Shown here one piece after another: positions 9,067 to 19,337 of a DNA stretch of 64,000 bases. The position numbers and the translations under genes were made by a program. This DNA is from a virus. The stretch is from the IMG/VR virus record IMGVR_UViG_3300042261_000976, positions 4,627-68,626 of that record. One strand, 5' to 3'. The notes beneath the pieces were generated by a model. It saw only the letters and a program-made list of their open reading frames with translations. It was not told the origin of the DNA and ran no database searches. Numbering within the stretch: position 1 is the stretch's first letter; each line of letters opens with the position of its first letter.

Positions 9067-10361
9067 TAACTAAATATAGATTATTCGAAAGAGGGGATGA
9101 AGATGAAATAGAACTCGGTCCAAAGATTAAAATGAAACTTGGTCCTGATGGAAAATATAGTATGATTTCACAAACACCTGATCCAACATTTGATTATGTT
9201 TTATCATTACCAAGCGGCGAAGTCTTATTAATAGACGATGTTGATGTATTTAAAAGAGTAACCGATAAAGGATTAGCATCTTACACATATTCATTTAAGG
9301 GTAAAGTTCTTAATTGTTATGTATGTAGAGATGATGAATTCGATAAAGTAAGAGAATACGTTGAGGAAATAACAAAGAATAGAAAAGTTGATGATAAAAC
9401 TATAGATGTATGTAAAGAATTCAGTAAAGAAATGAGTAAAATTCTTAAAAAGAAACATGTTATAGCATATATTGAGAATATTAATAACTTAAAGATGAAT
9501 TATTATTATCTTATAATTCCAGATTTAGAAATTAACAAATCTTATTATAAACAAAAAAACACAGATATGTTAACTGTTTTACAGAACATGAAAGCTAAAT
9601 ATCCAAATTCTGTTTTTGCTTACACTGAAAGATTGCATAGAAGTGATGTAAGATATTACGGACTTCCAGATAGATATGACCAAAAAGGAAATATTAAAAA
9701 AGAAGAACCAAAAAAAGAAACACTAAGACCAACTCTAAGGTCGTCATCTAAAAGAAAGAACCCTGCTGAGGTTTGTAATGAAATAAAAGATAAAGTTAGT
9801 AAAATAACTAAAAGAAATTACGATTTAGAACATTACTATAGAGAAGATGGAGATTTTAGTTATTTTAATATTCCACCAAAGGATATATCTTTCTTTGACA
9901 ATTTTGGAAAAACAAAAACAAATTTCCTTATTTATAAATTTAGTGAAGCTTATCCATACATGGAGATTGGATGGTTAAGTGATTCTAATTCCGCTAAAAA
10001 GTGGGAGAGTGGCATATTTGTAAGACCTAAAGAAATAAATATAGAAGAAAATAAACTAGAGATTTCAAGAGAAATCAAAGAAGAATTATCAAAATTAACC
10101 AAAAATCCTTATAAAGTTGGAGTAGGAACAAAAAGTAACACATATTATATAGTAGGCGATCGTACTTATTTACAAGGAGATGAACTAAATAAAATTTTAT
10201 CTGTCCTCAAACAAATGCAACAAAAATATCCAGACAAAAGATTTGAATGGATACATGGTCACTCAGGTCTTCAATTTATAAAAGACAGATGTGATGGTAA
10301 TGTTGATATTGTAGAAAAATTACCAGATGCATCAAGTGTGCTCCCTGGCGTCCCATTTTAA
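9057..10361 (+). CDS. hypothetical protein (434 aa)
   Basis: track ORF overlapping previous by 10 nt. Confidence 0.5.
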   Translation: MALITKYRLFERGDEDEIELGPKIKMKLGPDGKYSMISQTPDPTFDYVLSLPSGEVLLIDDVDVFKRVTDKGLASYTYSFKGKVLNCYVCRDDEFDKVREYVEEITKNRKVDDKTIDVCKEFSKEMSKILKKKHVIAYIENINNLKMNYYYLIIPDLEINKSYYKQKNTDMLTVLQNMKAKYPNSVFAYTERLHRSDVRYYGLPDRYDQKGNIKKEEPKKETLRPTLRSSSKRKNPAEVCNEIKDKVSKITKRNYDLEHYYREDGDFSYFNIPPKDISFFDNFGKTKTNFLIYKFSEAYPYMEIGWLSDSNSAKKWESGIFVRPKEINIEENKLEISREIKEELSKLTKNPYKVGVGTKSNTYYIVGDRTYLQGDELNKILSVLKQMQQKYPDKRFEWIHGHSGLQFIKDRCDGNVDIVEKLPDASSVLPGVPF

Positions 10362-11083
10362 GTCCCGGCTGTTCCGAAAGCTTTACCGTCAAGTAATGTT
10401 GGATCCTTCTTAAACTCATCAATTATCTTATTCCATTTTCTTTGATCAAAGATAACTAAATCATTTGGCTTAGCTTCTATTTGTTCTTGCGGATTTTTAG
10501 TGTCTTCTAATTTTTGTTGTTCGTTTATTTCTTTATGTTCGTACTCATCCCTCAATTCCTTATAGAAAGCTTTCATTTTACTTAAAAGTTCACTCATTTT
10601 CATTGAACTTTCTCTTATTTCTTTATTGTGTGTACTTACAGCAACATGCATATCAGGATCGTTCGCTCCAGCATCAATTTGTTTCATTGCGTTGATAAGA
10701 GCCATTTTAGCACAAGACAAGGAAAATTTAATATCACTAATTGTTTCAGCATCTAATTTTATTATACTTCTAACGCTTCTTCTACTCATTTCTTCGTCTT
10801 TTAAATATAAACTGGATATACATTCAAGAGTCTCCTTAGCGTCTTCCTTTATAGTCTCCATATCCCTCTCGTAATCGTGTTTGGTATATTCAAAATCGAG
10901 ACCAGGAAGTAAGTCTTTAGGCGGAACTAAATCTTGAGGCAAAGTATCTATCTCACTTAACATCGAATTTATCTCATCTTGGAGATTTGAAATACTTCCT
11001 AATTTTTTATTAATATAATCTTTATCTTTTGGTTCCTCATCTTTCTTTTTCTTTGAACCTTTTGGACGACCTCTTGTTGTCAT
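10358..11083 (-). CDS. hypothetical protein with N-terminal AT-hook (RGRPKGSKKKK)
   Basis: RGRP AT-hook DNA-binding motif; coiled-coil rest. Confidence 0.5.
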   Translation of the reverse strand: MTTRGRPKGSKKKKDEEPKDKDYINKKLGSISNLQDEINSMLSEIDTLPQDLVPPKDLLPGLDFEYTKHDYERDMETIKEDAKETLECISSLYLKDEEMSRRSVRSIIKLDAETISDIKFSLSCAKMALINAMKQIDAGANDPDMHVAVSTHNKEIRESSMKMSELLSKMKAFYKELRDEYEHKEINEQQKLEDTKNPQEQIEAKPNDLVIFDQRKWNKIIDEFKKDPTLLDGKAFGTAGT

Positions 11084-11169
11084 ATTCTTATTTTATTTTT
11101 TTGAATAAGTATATATCAAAAATTAAAAAGCATTTTTTAATATATAGCATATACGAAAGAAATCATAAT

Positions 11170-12918
11170 ATGTTTAATATTTTAACCTTTAATGAATTAT
11201 TAGAACAACAAAACATAGGTAGTTATAAAATACCAATGCCTGTAGTATATCCAAGTACAAATTATGCTGGAAAATGGACAGAACAGAATTATGATGATAT
11301 AGTTGGGCAATTAGTATCTTTTGACGGTCAAGAAAAAGAAATTCAAGATATTTATTCAGATAATGGAGAAATATTTTTTGTAGATAAAGACACTAATGTA
11401 TTTGACGTGAAAGGTAAATCAGTTGAAATAAAAAATAGAGTTCCTAGAGTTTATAATAAATTAGATCCTTACGGTGAAGAAGTATGGGAAGCATATCATA
11501 AATCACAAGGAAAATTAAACGGTAAATACATAAGATTTATTTTTGATATAGAAGACGAAAATAATAGGATAGCAGTTAGAAAAAATGTTCCTTATGAAAT
11601 ATCTTATTTCAATGGTGTTGATTATGTAATTAGAGCTGAACATGGAAATTTTGAAGTAGATCCTTTCTATGTTGAAGGTGAAGATTTTTTAGTAGTGACT
11701 CAAAAGGAACTTGATGAAAGAAGAAAATTGTGGGCGGAAAAACATCCATATGATCCTTATGGAGAAGAAATATGGGAAGGTATGAAAAATTATACAGAAT
11801 TTGTAAACGAAGCTAGAGCTTATCATATAAAGAAAGAAGATTACGTTCAATGTGGTGGAAATTTTGGATGTTATACAGTTGGTGGTAAAACTATAAAAGC
11901 AATGGTTCTTTGTAAAGGTAAATATGCCAAAGTATTAAATTCCAGATATAAAATGGATAATCACTATGAATTCGAGTTGGAATTCGAAGAACCTGTAGAT
12001 ACAAAGGACGAGAATAAACAAAAAATAAAAATTAAAACTTTTTATATAAATCAGAATCAGGTTGCAAATTTAAGAATTATAAAGAATAAAGATTTTTTAA
12101 GATGGAAAGCTGGATTCACTTTACCATATAAGGCGACATCAACATTTGATAAATGTATTAATAGATATGGTATGCAATTTCCTTATAAATATTATGATGT
12201 ATCTTATTTTGATGTGGACGCCGAAAAAAATGATATTGTATCTTTCTTACCAGCAAATAAGTCTAATCTAGTTGTAGATGAGAACGGCAACAATTTACCA
12301 GGAGAAAACGCTTATACTTCTAAATTTAGACAAAGTACTAAAGTTGGTAGAGTTATTAGAAAGTTGAATGATCAATTAACAGATCAACAAATTGAAGAGT
12401 TTACAACTAAATATAAAGCTAATTGGAATTATTGGAATAAAACTGGAGCAACATTTATTGATGTTGTTACAGGAGATAAAATAGCATATTGGTATGACTC
12501 AACAAGATATGCTCCTGGAAATGGAACATTAAATAATTCTTGTATGAGAGATCCAAGTAAATCTTATAGAATACAAGATTTCTATGGAAAATATCCAGAT
12601 AAGATTGCACTTTGTATTCTAGTGGATGTAGAATCTCAAATGCTTCTAGGTAGAGCATTAATATGGAAATTGGATAAACCTGAGGGTGTTATATTTATGG
12701 ATAGAATTTATTATATAAAACCAGAACACGAAAAATTAATTGAGGATTACGCTAAGAAACAAGGCATGCAAACAAAATTATCCAATTATCACTTAAACAA
12801 TAGAATTGAAGTGCATATTGATTATAAACCAGGTACACGTAATGGAAGCAGTATAAGTTTACCGTATTTGGATACTTTCCAATATGATAGTAATAAAAAG
12901 AAGTTTATAAATAAATGA
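11170..12918 (+). CDS. paralog family member 1 (C-terminal GGG[TS]LNNSCMR domain), carries 2x DPYGEE-W
   Basis: start moved to ATG 11170 (MFNILTFNELLEQ) after promoter motif; C-terminal ~230 aa shared with 14059..15219 and 15274..16455. Confidence 0.6.
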   Translation: MFNILTFNELLEQQNIGSYKIPMPVVYPSTNYAGKWTEQNYDDIVGQLVSFDGQEKEIQDIYSDNGEIFFVDKDTNVFDVKGKSVEIKNRVPRVYNKLDPYGEEVWEAYHKSQGKLNGKYIRFIFDIEDENNRIAVRKNVPYEISYFNGVDYVIRAEHGNFEVDPFYVEGEDFLVVTQKELDERRKLWAEKHPYDPYGEEIWEGMKNYTEFVNEARAYHIKKEDYVQCGGNFGCYTVGGKTIKAMVLCKGKYAKVLNSRYKMDNHYEFELEFEEPVDTKDENKQKIKIKTFYINQNQVANLRIIKNKDFLRWKAGFTLPYKATSTFDKCINRYGMQFPYKYYDVSYFDVDAEKNDIVSFLPANKSNLVVDENGNNLPGENAYTSKFRQSTKVGRVIRKLNDQLTDQQIEEFTTKYKANWNYWNKTGATFIDVVTGDKIAYWYDSTRYAPGNGTLNNSCMRDPSKSYRIQDFYGKYPDKIALCILVDVESQMLLGRALIWKLDKPEGVIFMDRIYYIKPEHEKLIEDYAKKQGMQTKLSNYHLNNRIEVHIDYKPGTRNGSSISLPYLDTFQYDSNKKKFINK

Positions 12919-13751
12919 TAACGACTTTTTTAAAATATAAACTGAATGAAGCATGGCAAGGAGATAAATCTATTTTATCACTTTTATTTTCAAGCTTTGG
13001 AAATCAATTTAAACCAGATTATATTGAAAACTATATAAATACATTAACTGTAGCCAATGATGAAATGATTGTTCAACAATCTGTTAATAATTTTAAGGAG
13101 TATGTTAAGACCGATCCTAAAATATTAAATAAACAGGAAGTTTATAATAAAATAGATAATACTCCTATCGTGTGGAGAAAGAATGATGCTCTATGTTATA
13201 AATTATATCAAGAAGTAAAAATGAAACATCCATGCACATCAAATCCATCTTGTTGGTGTTCAACTCTTTCTAATGGACAGAGTGTAATATTTTTAGCAAG
13301 AGATGCTTCACATAATTCTATATTACATGAATTATCCCATGCTATAGAACCTGTAGTTAAGATAGATCCTAAATTATTAGAAAACTTTAATTTTTCATAT
13401 AGTAAAAATCAAGTTGACTTTTTATTTAAGGCTATTACTGATTTCAGTTTGGAATTAAGAACAGATTTAACAAGAGAAAAAGAATATTTAAGTGATCCAA
13501 GTGAAGTTTGGGCAAGATTAAATAATTTAAAGATGTTTTTATATAAAAAGAATTTTTTAAGAATTCCAAATGCCGATGTTGATCAGTCTATAATTACTAA
13601 AATAATGACAGGTGAGGTATATAAATCATTGGATGATAAAGGTAAGAAAGAAATGTCTGACTCTGATTTTATGCAAATATTAGTTTTTCTAAATGTAAAT
13701 AAATTCCCACAAGTAAAACAATTTGTGGAGAATTCAACAAAAAATCAATAA
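12915..13751 (+). CDS. hypothetical protein with HExxH (ILHELSHAIE) motif, possible Zn-metallopeptidase
   Basis: single HExxH motif only. Confidence 0.45.
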   Translation: MITTFLKYKLNEAWQGDKSILSLLFSSFGNQFKPDYIENYINTLTVANDEMIVQQSVNNFKEYVKTDPKILNKQEVYNKIDNTPIVWRKNDALCYKLYQEVKMKHPCTSNPSCWCSTLSNGQSVIFLARDASHNSILHELSHAIEPVVKIDPKLLENFNFSYSKNQVDFLFKAITDFSLELRTDLTREKEYLSDPSEVWARLNNLKMFLYKKNFLRIPNADVDQSIITKIMTGEVYKSLDDKGKKEMSDSDFMQILVFLNVNKFPQVKQFVENSTKNQ

Positions 13752-13753
13752 AT

Positions 13754-14062
13754 ATGGACGGTTGTATGCAAGGCGGAATTAATGTAAGAATTATAGATAG
13801 TGATCCTTTATCTATAATAAATGATTTTGCCAGTAACGTAAATATTGTATATAATGGAGAAAAGAAGAATCAAAATCAACTCCTAAATGAATTATATTAT
13901 AAAGATTATAACAAATATAATAGAAATACAGGACCTTCAATGCCTCCACAAAATCCATTATTAAAAAAGCATGTCGATATTCCAGATGAGCCAAAACCAA
14001 TTGAACCAGGACAAGTTGATCCTGCCGCATTTTTTGGAAGTAGTTTGAAAGGGTTGTTTTAA
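13754..14062 (+). CDS. hypothetical small protein
   Basis: track ORF. Confidence 0.3.
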   Translation: MDGCMQGGINVRIIDSDPLSIINDFASNVNIVYNGEKKNQNQLLNELYYKDYNKYNRNTGPSMPPQNPLLKKHVDIPDEPKPIEPGQVDPAAFFGSSLKGLF

Positions 14063-15219
14063 TAATTACACACAAAAGGAGTACTATATAATCCAGTTTT
14101 TTTATCCTTTTTATAATTTTTGCTATAGTTGTAGTAATTAGGTATAACATGAAATGAATCTGTGTATGGCAAATTGAAATTTTTTGGATCGTTCGTTGGT
14201 GATACTAGAGTAACTATGAGTTTTTCGTGTGGATATTTTTTCCCAATATTTTTATACATCAACATATTATTTTTATTGGCATAATTTTCTAATTGGACTC
14301 TAGCAGCACCATCTGATGAATAAATCCTATCCATATAAACTCTACCATCGTCCAACCTCCATATTAATGCCCTTGCTAATAATTTATTTTTCTTAATATA
14401 TGTGGCCATTGCTATTTGATCTGGATATAGATCATAGAATTTTACTCTATATTGGGTGGAATCATATCTCATACAAGAATTATTGAGTGTTCCTCCTCCT
14501 TTTTTATATCTTTTTTCTTGATACCAATAGGATATATCATCTCCTGTAACAACTCTCAATTCTCCGCCTTTTTGATTGGCTTCATATTCAGCTTTATATT
14601 TATTTGAAAATTCTTCTATTTCAGGATCTTTAAGATCTGGATTTAATTTTCTAAGGAGTCTTCCAACTTTAGTTTGTTGACGAAATTTTTCAATATCTTC
14701 ATATGATTTATCAGCCAAAGCGACTTTTTTTGCTGGAACAAAAGATATATTATCTGCACTGTCTTTAACAATATCGAAATATGAAACGTCGAAGTATTCT
14801 CCCTTTTTTTTGAATTTTATCTCTTTTAGAATTTTTAAAAAATCTTTTGTAGCTTGAAATTTATATAGTTCACCAGCATTTAATTTTCTTTCAAGTTCAT
14901 CTTCTTTGGCTGCTTTTTCCGCGTTCTGTTTTTTCCATTCTTCTAATTTTTCGTCAGTAAATATTTCAACATTTTTTAATTGATATTTAGACAACTTTAC
15001 TTTCCCCTTTTTAATATAATATGATTTAGGAGCATCTTCAACTTCAAATACTATTACTTCTTTTTTTATGTCTATTACAGTGCCAATTTTACCGTCTAAC
15101 TTTACTTTATCTGCGCCATATCTAGAAAGGTCATATTTACCATTGAATAAGACTTTTGATCCTATTTCAAAATCTCCTATTTTTGCCTCATTTATAAAAT
15201 TTGAATAATCTAAAAACAT
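14059..15219 (-). CDS. paralog family member 2 (GGGTLNNSCMRY domain)
   Basis: FRQQTKVGRLLRKLNP..VTGDDISYWY..GGGTLNNSCMR..LLARALIWRLDDGRVYMDRIYS. Confidence 0.6.
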   Translation of the reverse strand: MFLDYSNFINEAKIGDFEIGSKVLFNGKYDLSRYGADKVKLDGKIGTVIDIKKEVIVFEVEDAPKSYYIKKGKVKLSKYQLKNVEIFTDEKLEEWKKQNAEKAAKEDELERKLNAGELYKFQATKDFLKILKEIKFKKKGEYFDVSYFDIVKDSADNISFVPAKKVALADKSYEDIEKFRQQTKVGRLLRKLNPDLKDPEIEEFSNKYKAEYEANQKGGELRVVTGDDISYWYQEKRYKKGGGTLNNSCMRYDSTQYRVKFYDLYPDQIAMATYIKKNKLLARALIWRLDDGRVYMDRIYSSDGAARVQLENYANKNNMLMYKNIGKKYPHEKLIVTLVSPTNDPKNFNLPYTDSFHVIPNYYNYSKNYKKDKKTGLYSTPFVCNY

Positions 15220-15273
15220 AAATTTAATTTATTTTAACCGTAAATTATTTTAAATTTATTTGATTTCAATTTA

Positions 15274-16455
15274 TCAATTTGATAATTGTAAACCTGGAAT
15301 CGCCTGATTTGAAAGAACTAAATCACCATCTTTTCTATAAACATGTATAAATGTATCAAAATACGGACGATAAGCATTATCTTTTGTTTTTAATGTAACT
15401 ACCATTTTGCCTTTACCTTGTTGTGTATCTCTTCTTGTTATCATATTAAATTTTTTAGCATAATTTTCCAATTGAACTGATGCTTCTGCTTTAACTGAAT
15501 ATATTCTATCCATATAAACTCTACCATCATCCAATCTCCAAATTAATGCCCTTCCCCACAATCTATCATTTTTAATATAAACTGCCAGTGCGACTTTATC
15601 TGGAAATTTATCGTAAAATTTAACTTGTGTTTGTGCAAATTCTCCTCTCATACAAGAATTATTAAGAGAACCACCACCTTTTTGATAATGTTTTTCATGA
15701 TACCAATAAGATATATCTTTTCCAGTTACAACTTGTATGTCTGGAACAGTGAATAAAGTTTCAACATACGCTCTAAAATTAGCAACATATTCTTCTATTT
15801 CTTGGTCATTTAATTTAGGATTTAATTTCCTAAGAATTCTACCAACTCTAGTTTCTTGTCTGAATTTTTCAGGATCTATTGGTTTTTCTGGTTTCTTTCC
15901 TTTTTCTGTATTTATTTTCTTAGATGGAATGAAACTTACCATATCTGTTTTTCCACTAACTACATCAAAGAAAGAAGAATCAAAATATTCACCAATTTTT
16001 TTGAATTTTATATCTTTCAAAACAAGATTAAAATCTCTTGTTGCTTTGAATTTATATACTTCACCGGCTTTAATTTTTCTTTGTAATTCTTCGTATTCTG
16101 GAGTAAGAACTATAAAATCTTTGAAATAATAATTTTCTACTTTTATTTCTGTAAGTTCATAATCTATTTGAATATCTACCTTAAAACCATTTCTTGTGAA
16201 TAAATCTATTTTATATTTTATTGGTTCATCTAAAGTGAAAGTTATAAAAGTAGATTTACCATAAGAACGTTGTGATTTCTCCTTAGTTATTTCTTTTACT
16301 GTTCCAGTTTTATCTAATAAATTTACTTGTTGTCCATACTTCGGTTCATTATAATAAGACATTCCTGGTCCTTTAAATACAACCTTTGAACCTACTTGAA
16401 AATCAAATATTTTAGAAGCAACTTCATTCAATAGGTCATTAAATCCATAAATCAT
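15274..16455 (-). CDS. paralog family member 3 (GGGSLNNSCMRG domain)
   Basis: same C-terminal domain and similar N-terminal half as 14059..15219. Confidence 0.6.
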   Translation of the reverse strand: MIYGFNDLLNEVASKIFDFQVGSKVVFKGPGMSYYNEPKYGQQVNLLDKTGTVKEITKEKSQRSYGKSTFITFTLDEPIKYKIDLFTRNGFKVDIQIDYELTEIKVENYYFKDFIVLTPEYEELQRKIKAGEVYKFKATRDFNLVLKDIKFKKIGEYFDSSFFDVVSGKTDMVSFIPSKKINTEKGKKPEKPIDPEKFRQETRVGRILRKLNPKLNDQEIEEYVANFRAYVETLFTVPDIQVVTGKDISYWYHEKHYQKGGGSLNNSCMRGEFAQTQVKFYDKFPDKVALAVYIKNDRLWGRALIWRLDDGRVYMDRIYSVKAEASVQLENYAKKFNMITRRDTQQGKGKMVVTLKTKDNAYRPYFDTFIHVYRKDGDLVLSNQAIPGLQLSN

Positions 16456-16488
16456 CAGATAGAGTTTTTTCTTCTATATATAATTATT

Positions 16489-16908
16489 TTATCGTGGAAA
16501 ATCTTTGCCTCTTTCAGCAAAATGAACCTCGTATGTTTTTGATTCAAATTGATTTATTAAATAATTTTTAATTTCTTCTGTTTCGAAATATTTGCAAGAA
16601 AATATATCTATAAAAACATAATTTTTCTTTGGAAATGTATGGATGGAACAATGCGACTCTGCAATTATAACAATCCCTGTTATGCCTTCATCTTCTGGCA
16701 CTAAACCGCTATACGGGAACACGTAGGGTTGTGTTATTTTAGTCATTCCTATCATATCTGGGATGTTGTATAGGAGTTCATAAATGAACTTGTAATCGTT
16801 TAGTTTTTCAACATTACACTCATTTAAATCAAACATTAAATGAGGACCAAAACTCGTGTTTTTCATCTCTTCATACTTATTATTTTTTAACTTAGTCCAT
16901 AAGAACAT
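16489..16908 (-). CDS. speH: S-adenosylmethionine decarboxylase proenzyme, prokaryotic SpeH/SpeD type
   Basis: GPHLMFDL..IIAESHCSIHTFPKKNYVFIDIFSC matches the pyruvoyl-AdoMetDC processing region. Confidence 0.7.
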   Translation of the reverse strand: MFLWTKLKNNKYEEMKNTSFGPHLMFDLNECNVEKLNDYKFIYELLYNIPDMIGMTKITQPYVFPYSGLVPEDEGITGIVIIAESHCSIHTFPKKNYVFIDIFSCKYFETEEIKNYLINQFESKTYEVHFAERGKDFPR

Positions 16909-17000
16909 CGGATTATTTTTTATTTGAAAATGATATATATTTTCGTTATTTTTTCATTTTTTTCTAAAAATGAAAATCCTCACTGGATATGATATTAAAC

Positions 17001-17035
17001 AAAAAAACCATCTGTTATTTCAGATGGTTTTTTTA
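17001..17035 (-). terminator. intrinsic terminator hairpin (accatctg / cagatggt) with flanking A/T runs
   Basis: 8-bp stem, 6-nt loop, T-run on minus strand 3' of gene 17042..19330. Confidence 0.45.
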
Positions 17036-17041
17036 ATATTA

Positions 17042-19330
17042 TTACCAACTTCCACCTGCTCCACCGCCTCCGCAAGATCCACCGCCGAATCCTCCGAAAC
17101 TTGATGAACTATCTCTCCTTCTCCTATCCTCTTCCTCTTCTTCCTCACGTTTACGTCTTCTTTCTTCTTCTCTTCTTCTTTCTTCTTCTCTTCTTTCTTC
17201 TTCTCTTCTTCTTTCTTCTTCTCTTCTTCTTTCTTCTTCTCTTCTTTCTTCTTCTCTTCTTCTTTCTTCTTCCTCCTCATTTCCTCTACCCACTCCAATT
17301 ATTTTATCAAGAGCGGCCAAAGTTGTACCAAGAAGAATAGAAACTCTCATAACATCTTTCATTGGAATATTATCATCCCATGCTTCTTCTCCATAAGGAT
17401 CTTCCTTGGCATGTCCGCCAGCTCCTTTATCCTTATTATATTGAGCTATAATAGCCTGGGCTTTTTGCGCAGAACCTCTATCAAGATAGCCGTTTTGAAT
17501 ATATGAATTTATATCTTCTAGTTTTTTATTCAATGTGGTAGGTCCAGCATCAACATATTTTTTAGCCTGCATTATATCATTGAATCTTTGAACAGGTTTT
17601 TCCATTTCAGTACCTAAGGCATGAGCTTTTCCAGCATATTGTGTTAATAACTGCATTCCCTTTGTTAAATCTGTCATGTAAATGGCACCTATTTGATCTA
17701 CAAAATTCTTCAAAGATTCTATATCGCCATCTTTCACATTAACTTGAGTGTCATATCCCATTTCTATTACTTTACCAGTATATTCTTTAGCTTTTGCTAA
17801 TTTAGCCATAAGAGCTCTTTTTACTGCATCGAATCCTTCAATATTGGATTTTATTCTTTGGAAATCTTGATCCATTTCTTTATACTGATTATAGTATGCG
17901 GTTACTCTTCCTAATAATTTTTGATATTTACCCAAAGATTCGTTAGAAACATCAATGTTTTCGAATTTCAATTCATTCATTATTCCTAAACATGTATTAG
18001 CAACATCTTTCATTTGAGTAGGAGCATCTTCATAACCTTTCAATTGATTAAATGTGTTAGTTACTGAATTTTTAGTTTTAATTATGCCTTGCTCAATTCT
18101 TTTTATATTTTCTAATGTTGCTATGTATCCATTAAGTAAAGTTGATACTTCCGTTAATCTTTGTTCATTGCTGATTTTTTTCTTTTGTAGTTCAGCGACA
18201 GCTTGTTTCATAGAATTAAGAACTTCATTGTCGTTAAAAATAGGATCTCCAGTGTCTATAAGATCTGCTATATTTAAGTCTAAAGCAGCCAAATCATCTT
18301 TTGTTCCTTTTATTTTTCTAGATAATTCTTTTCTTTTCTTATACGATGATGCTATTAGATAACCCACTAAACCTAATACTAAAGCTAATAAAAGGAATTC
18401 CCCAGCTCCAATAAAGAAACTTTTAACATTTTCTTTATGAATTTGTTCATATTTTTTATCTAGTTCTTTCTTTCTCTCTATTGGAATATTACCAAATTCT
18501 TGTTTCATTTTTCCTATTAATTCAGAAAATCCTTTTTCATAATTGCCTTCTTTAAAGTTTGATACAAGATAGTTTTCACCATATCTTTTACAAAGAGCGT
18601 CAGGCAATATATCTTCCATTCCATAACCTGTAGCAATCCACCATTTTCTATCGCCCATACTAGCCAATATAAGAATGCCATTATTGGCTCCTTTTTTACC
18701 TATTCCCCATCTATTGAAAGTTTTTGTTGCTAAATCTGAAGCATCTTGATCTTGTAACGAAGGTAAAGTGAGGACTGCTATTTCAACACCAGTAAGTTTC
18801 TCGTATTTGAACAATACCTGATTTAATGAGTCCTCGAATGTGGGTCTCATAAAATCCCCATAATCACTTATTAAAGCTATTCCATTACCATACTTGGCTG
18901 GTTGGACTTTTGTAACATCCATACTAACGGCAGAATTGGATGGTGGAGTAAAACTCCATTTATAATGAGTTGATTTATTGCTGGTATAACTGTCACATTT
19001 TAGATATGTTTTTACCATATTATAATTCAAATTAGTACCATTTAATTTGTTGAATTCCTGTAACTTTTTAATTATTTCTTCTTGATCATCATCACTAACA
19101 TCGGTATCTCTTGTTAAAGTCGCCGCGAATTTAGCCAAATCTATAGTTCCTTGTGGAACTTTTTGAGCCCATTCTATTTTAGTATTAAGATCAGCCGCTT
19201 GTACTTTAGGTGGTACTATACCTAAATTTAAGAGCATCATGAAGGTTGCCAACCAAGTTTTCCAACCTTCTTCTTCGTTTAACATGTCTGTAGTCAGATA
19301 TTTTTCGTATGATAATATAAATTCTGCCAT
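17042..19330 (-). CDS. TPM (TLP18.3/Psb32/MOLO-1) phosphatase-domain membrane protein with coiled coil, DPYGEEAW, (EEERR)n and Gly-rich C-tail
   Basis: GVEIAVLTLPSL..WGIGKKGANNGILILASMGDRKWWIATGYGMEDILPD; TM helix; C-term SFGGFGGGSCGGGGAGGSW like bacterial YgcG-type proteins. Confidence 0.7.
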   Translation of the reverse strand: MAEFILSYEKYLTTDMLNEEEGWKTWLATFMMLLNLGIVPPKVQAADLNTKIEWAQKVPQGTIDLAKFAATLTRDTDVSDDDQEEIIKKLQEFNKLNGTNLNYNMVKTYLKCDSYTSNKSTHYKWSFTPPSNSAVSMDVTKVQPAKYGNGIALISDYGDFMRPTFEDSLNQVLFKYEKLTGVEIAVLTLPSLQDQDASDLATKTFNRWGIGKKGANNGILILASMGDRKWWIATGYGMEDILPDALCKRYGENYLVSNFKEGNYEKGFSELIGKMKQEFGNIPIERKKELDKKYEQIHKENVKSFFIGAGEFLLLALVLGLVGYLIASSYKKRKELSRKIKGTKDDLAALDLNIADLIDTGDPIFNDNEVLNSMKQAVAELQKKKISNEQRLTEVSTLLNGYIATLENIKRIEQGIIKTKNSVTNTFNQLKGYEDAPTQMKDVANTCLGIMNELKFENIDVSNESLGKYQKLLGRVTAYYNQYKEMDQDFQRIKSNIEGFDAVKRALMAKLAKAKEYTGKVIEMGYDTQVNVKDGDIESLKNFVDQIGAIYMTDLTKGMQLLTQYAGKAHALGTEMEKPVQRFNDIMQAKKYVDAGPTTLNKKLEDINSYIQNGYLDRGSAQKAQAIIAQYNKDKGAGGHAKEDPYGEEAWDDNIPMKDVMRVSILLGTTLAALDKIIGVGRGNEEEEERRREEERREEERRREEERRREEERREEERRREEERRRKREEEEEEDRRRRDSSSSFGGFGGGSCGGGGAGGSW
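17110..17285. repeat. 15-nt tandem repeat (tcttcttctcttctt..) encoding (EEERR)n
   Basis: visible periodic repeat; generates spurious overlapping ORFs 17020..17298 and 17101..17340. Confidence 0.8.
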
Positions 19331-19337
19331 TTTATTT

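Noticed and set aside
17020-17340. ORFs 17020..17298 (-) and 17101..17340 (+) encoding EEKKK/LLFFF repeats
   Set aside because: They are frame artefacts of the 15-nt tandem repeat inside the TPM-protein gene.
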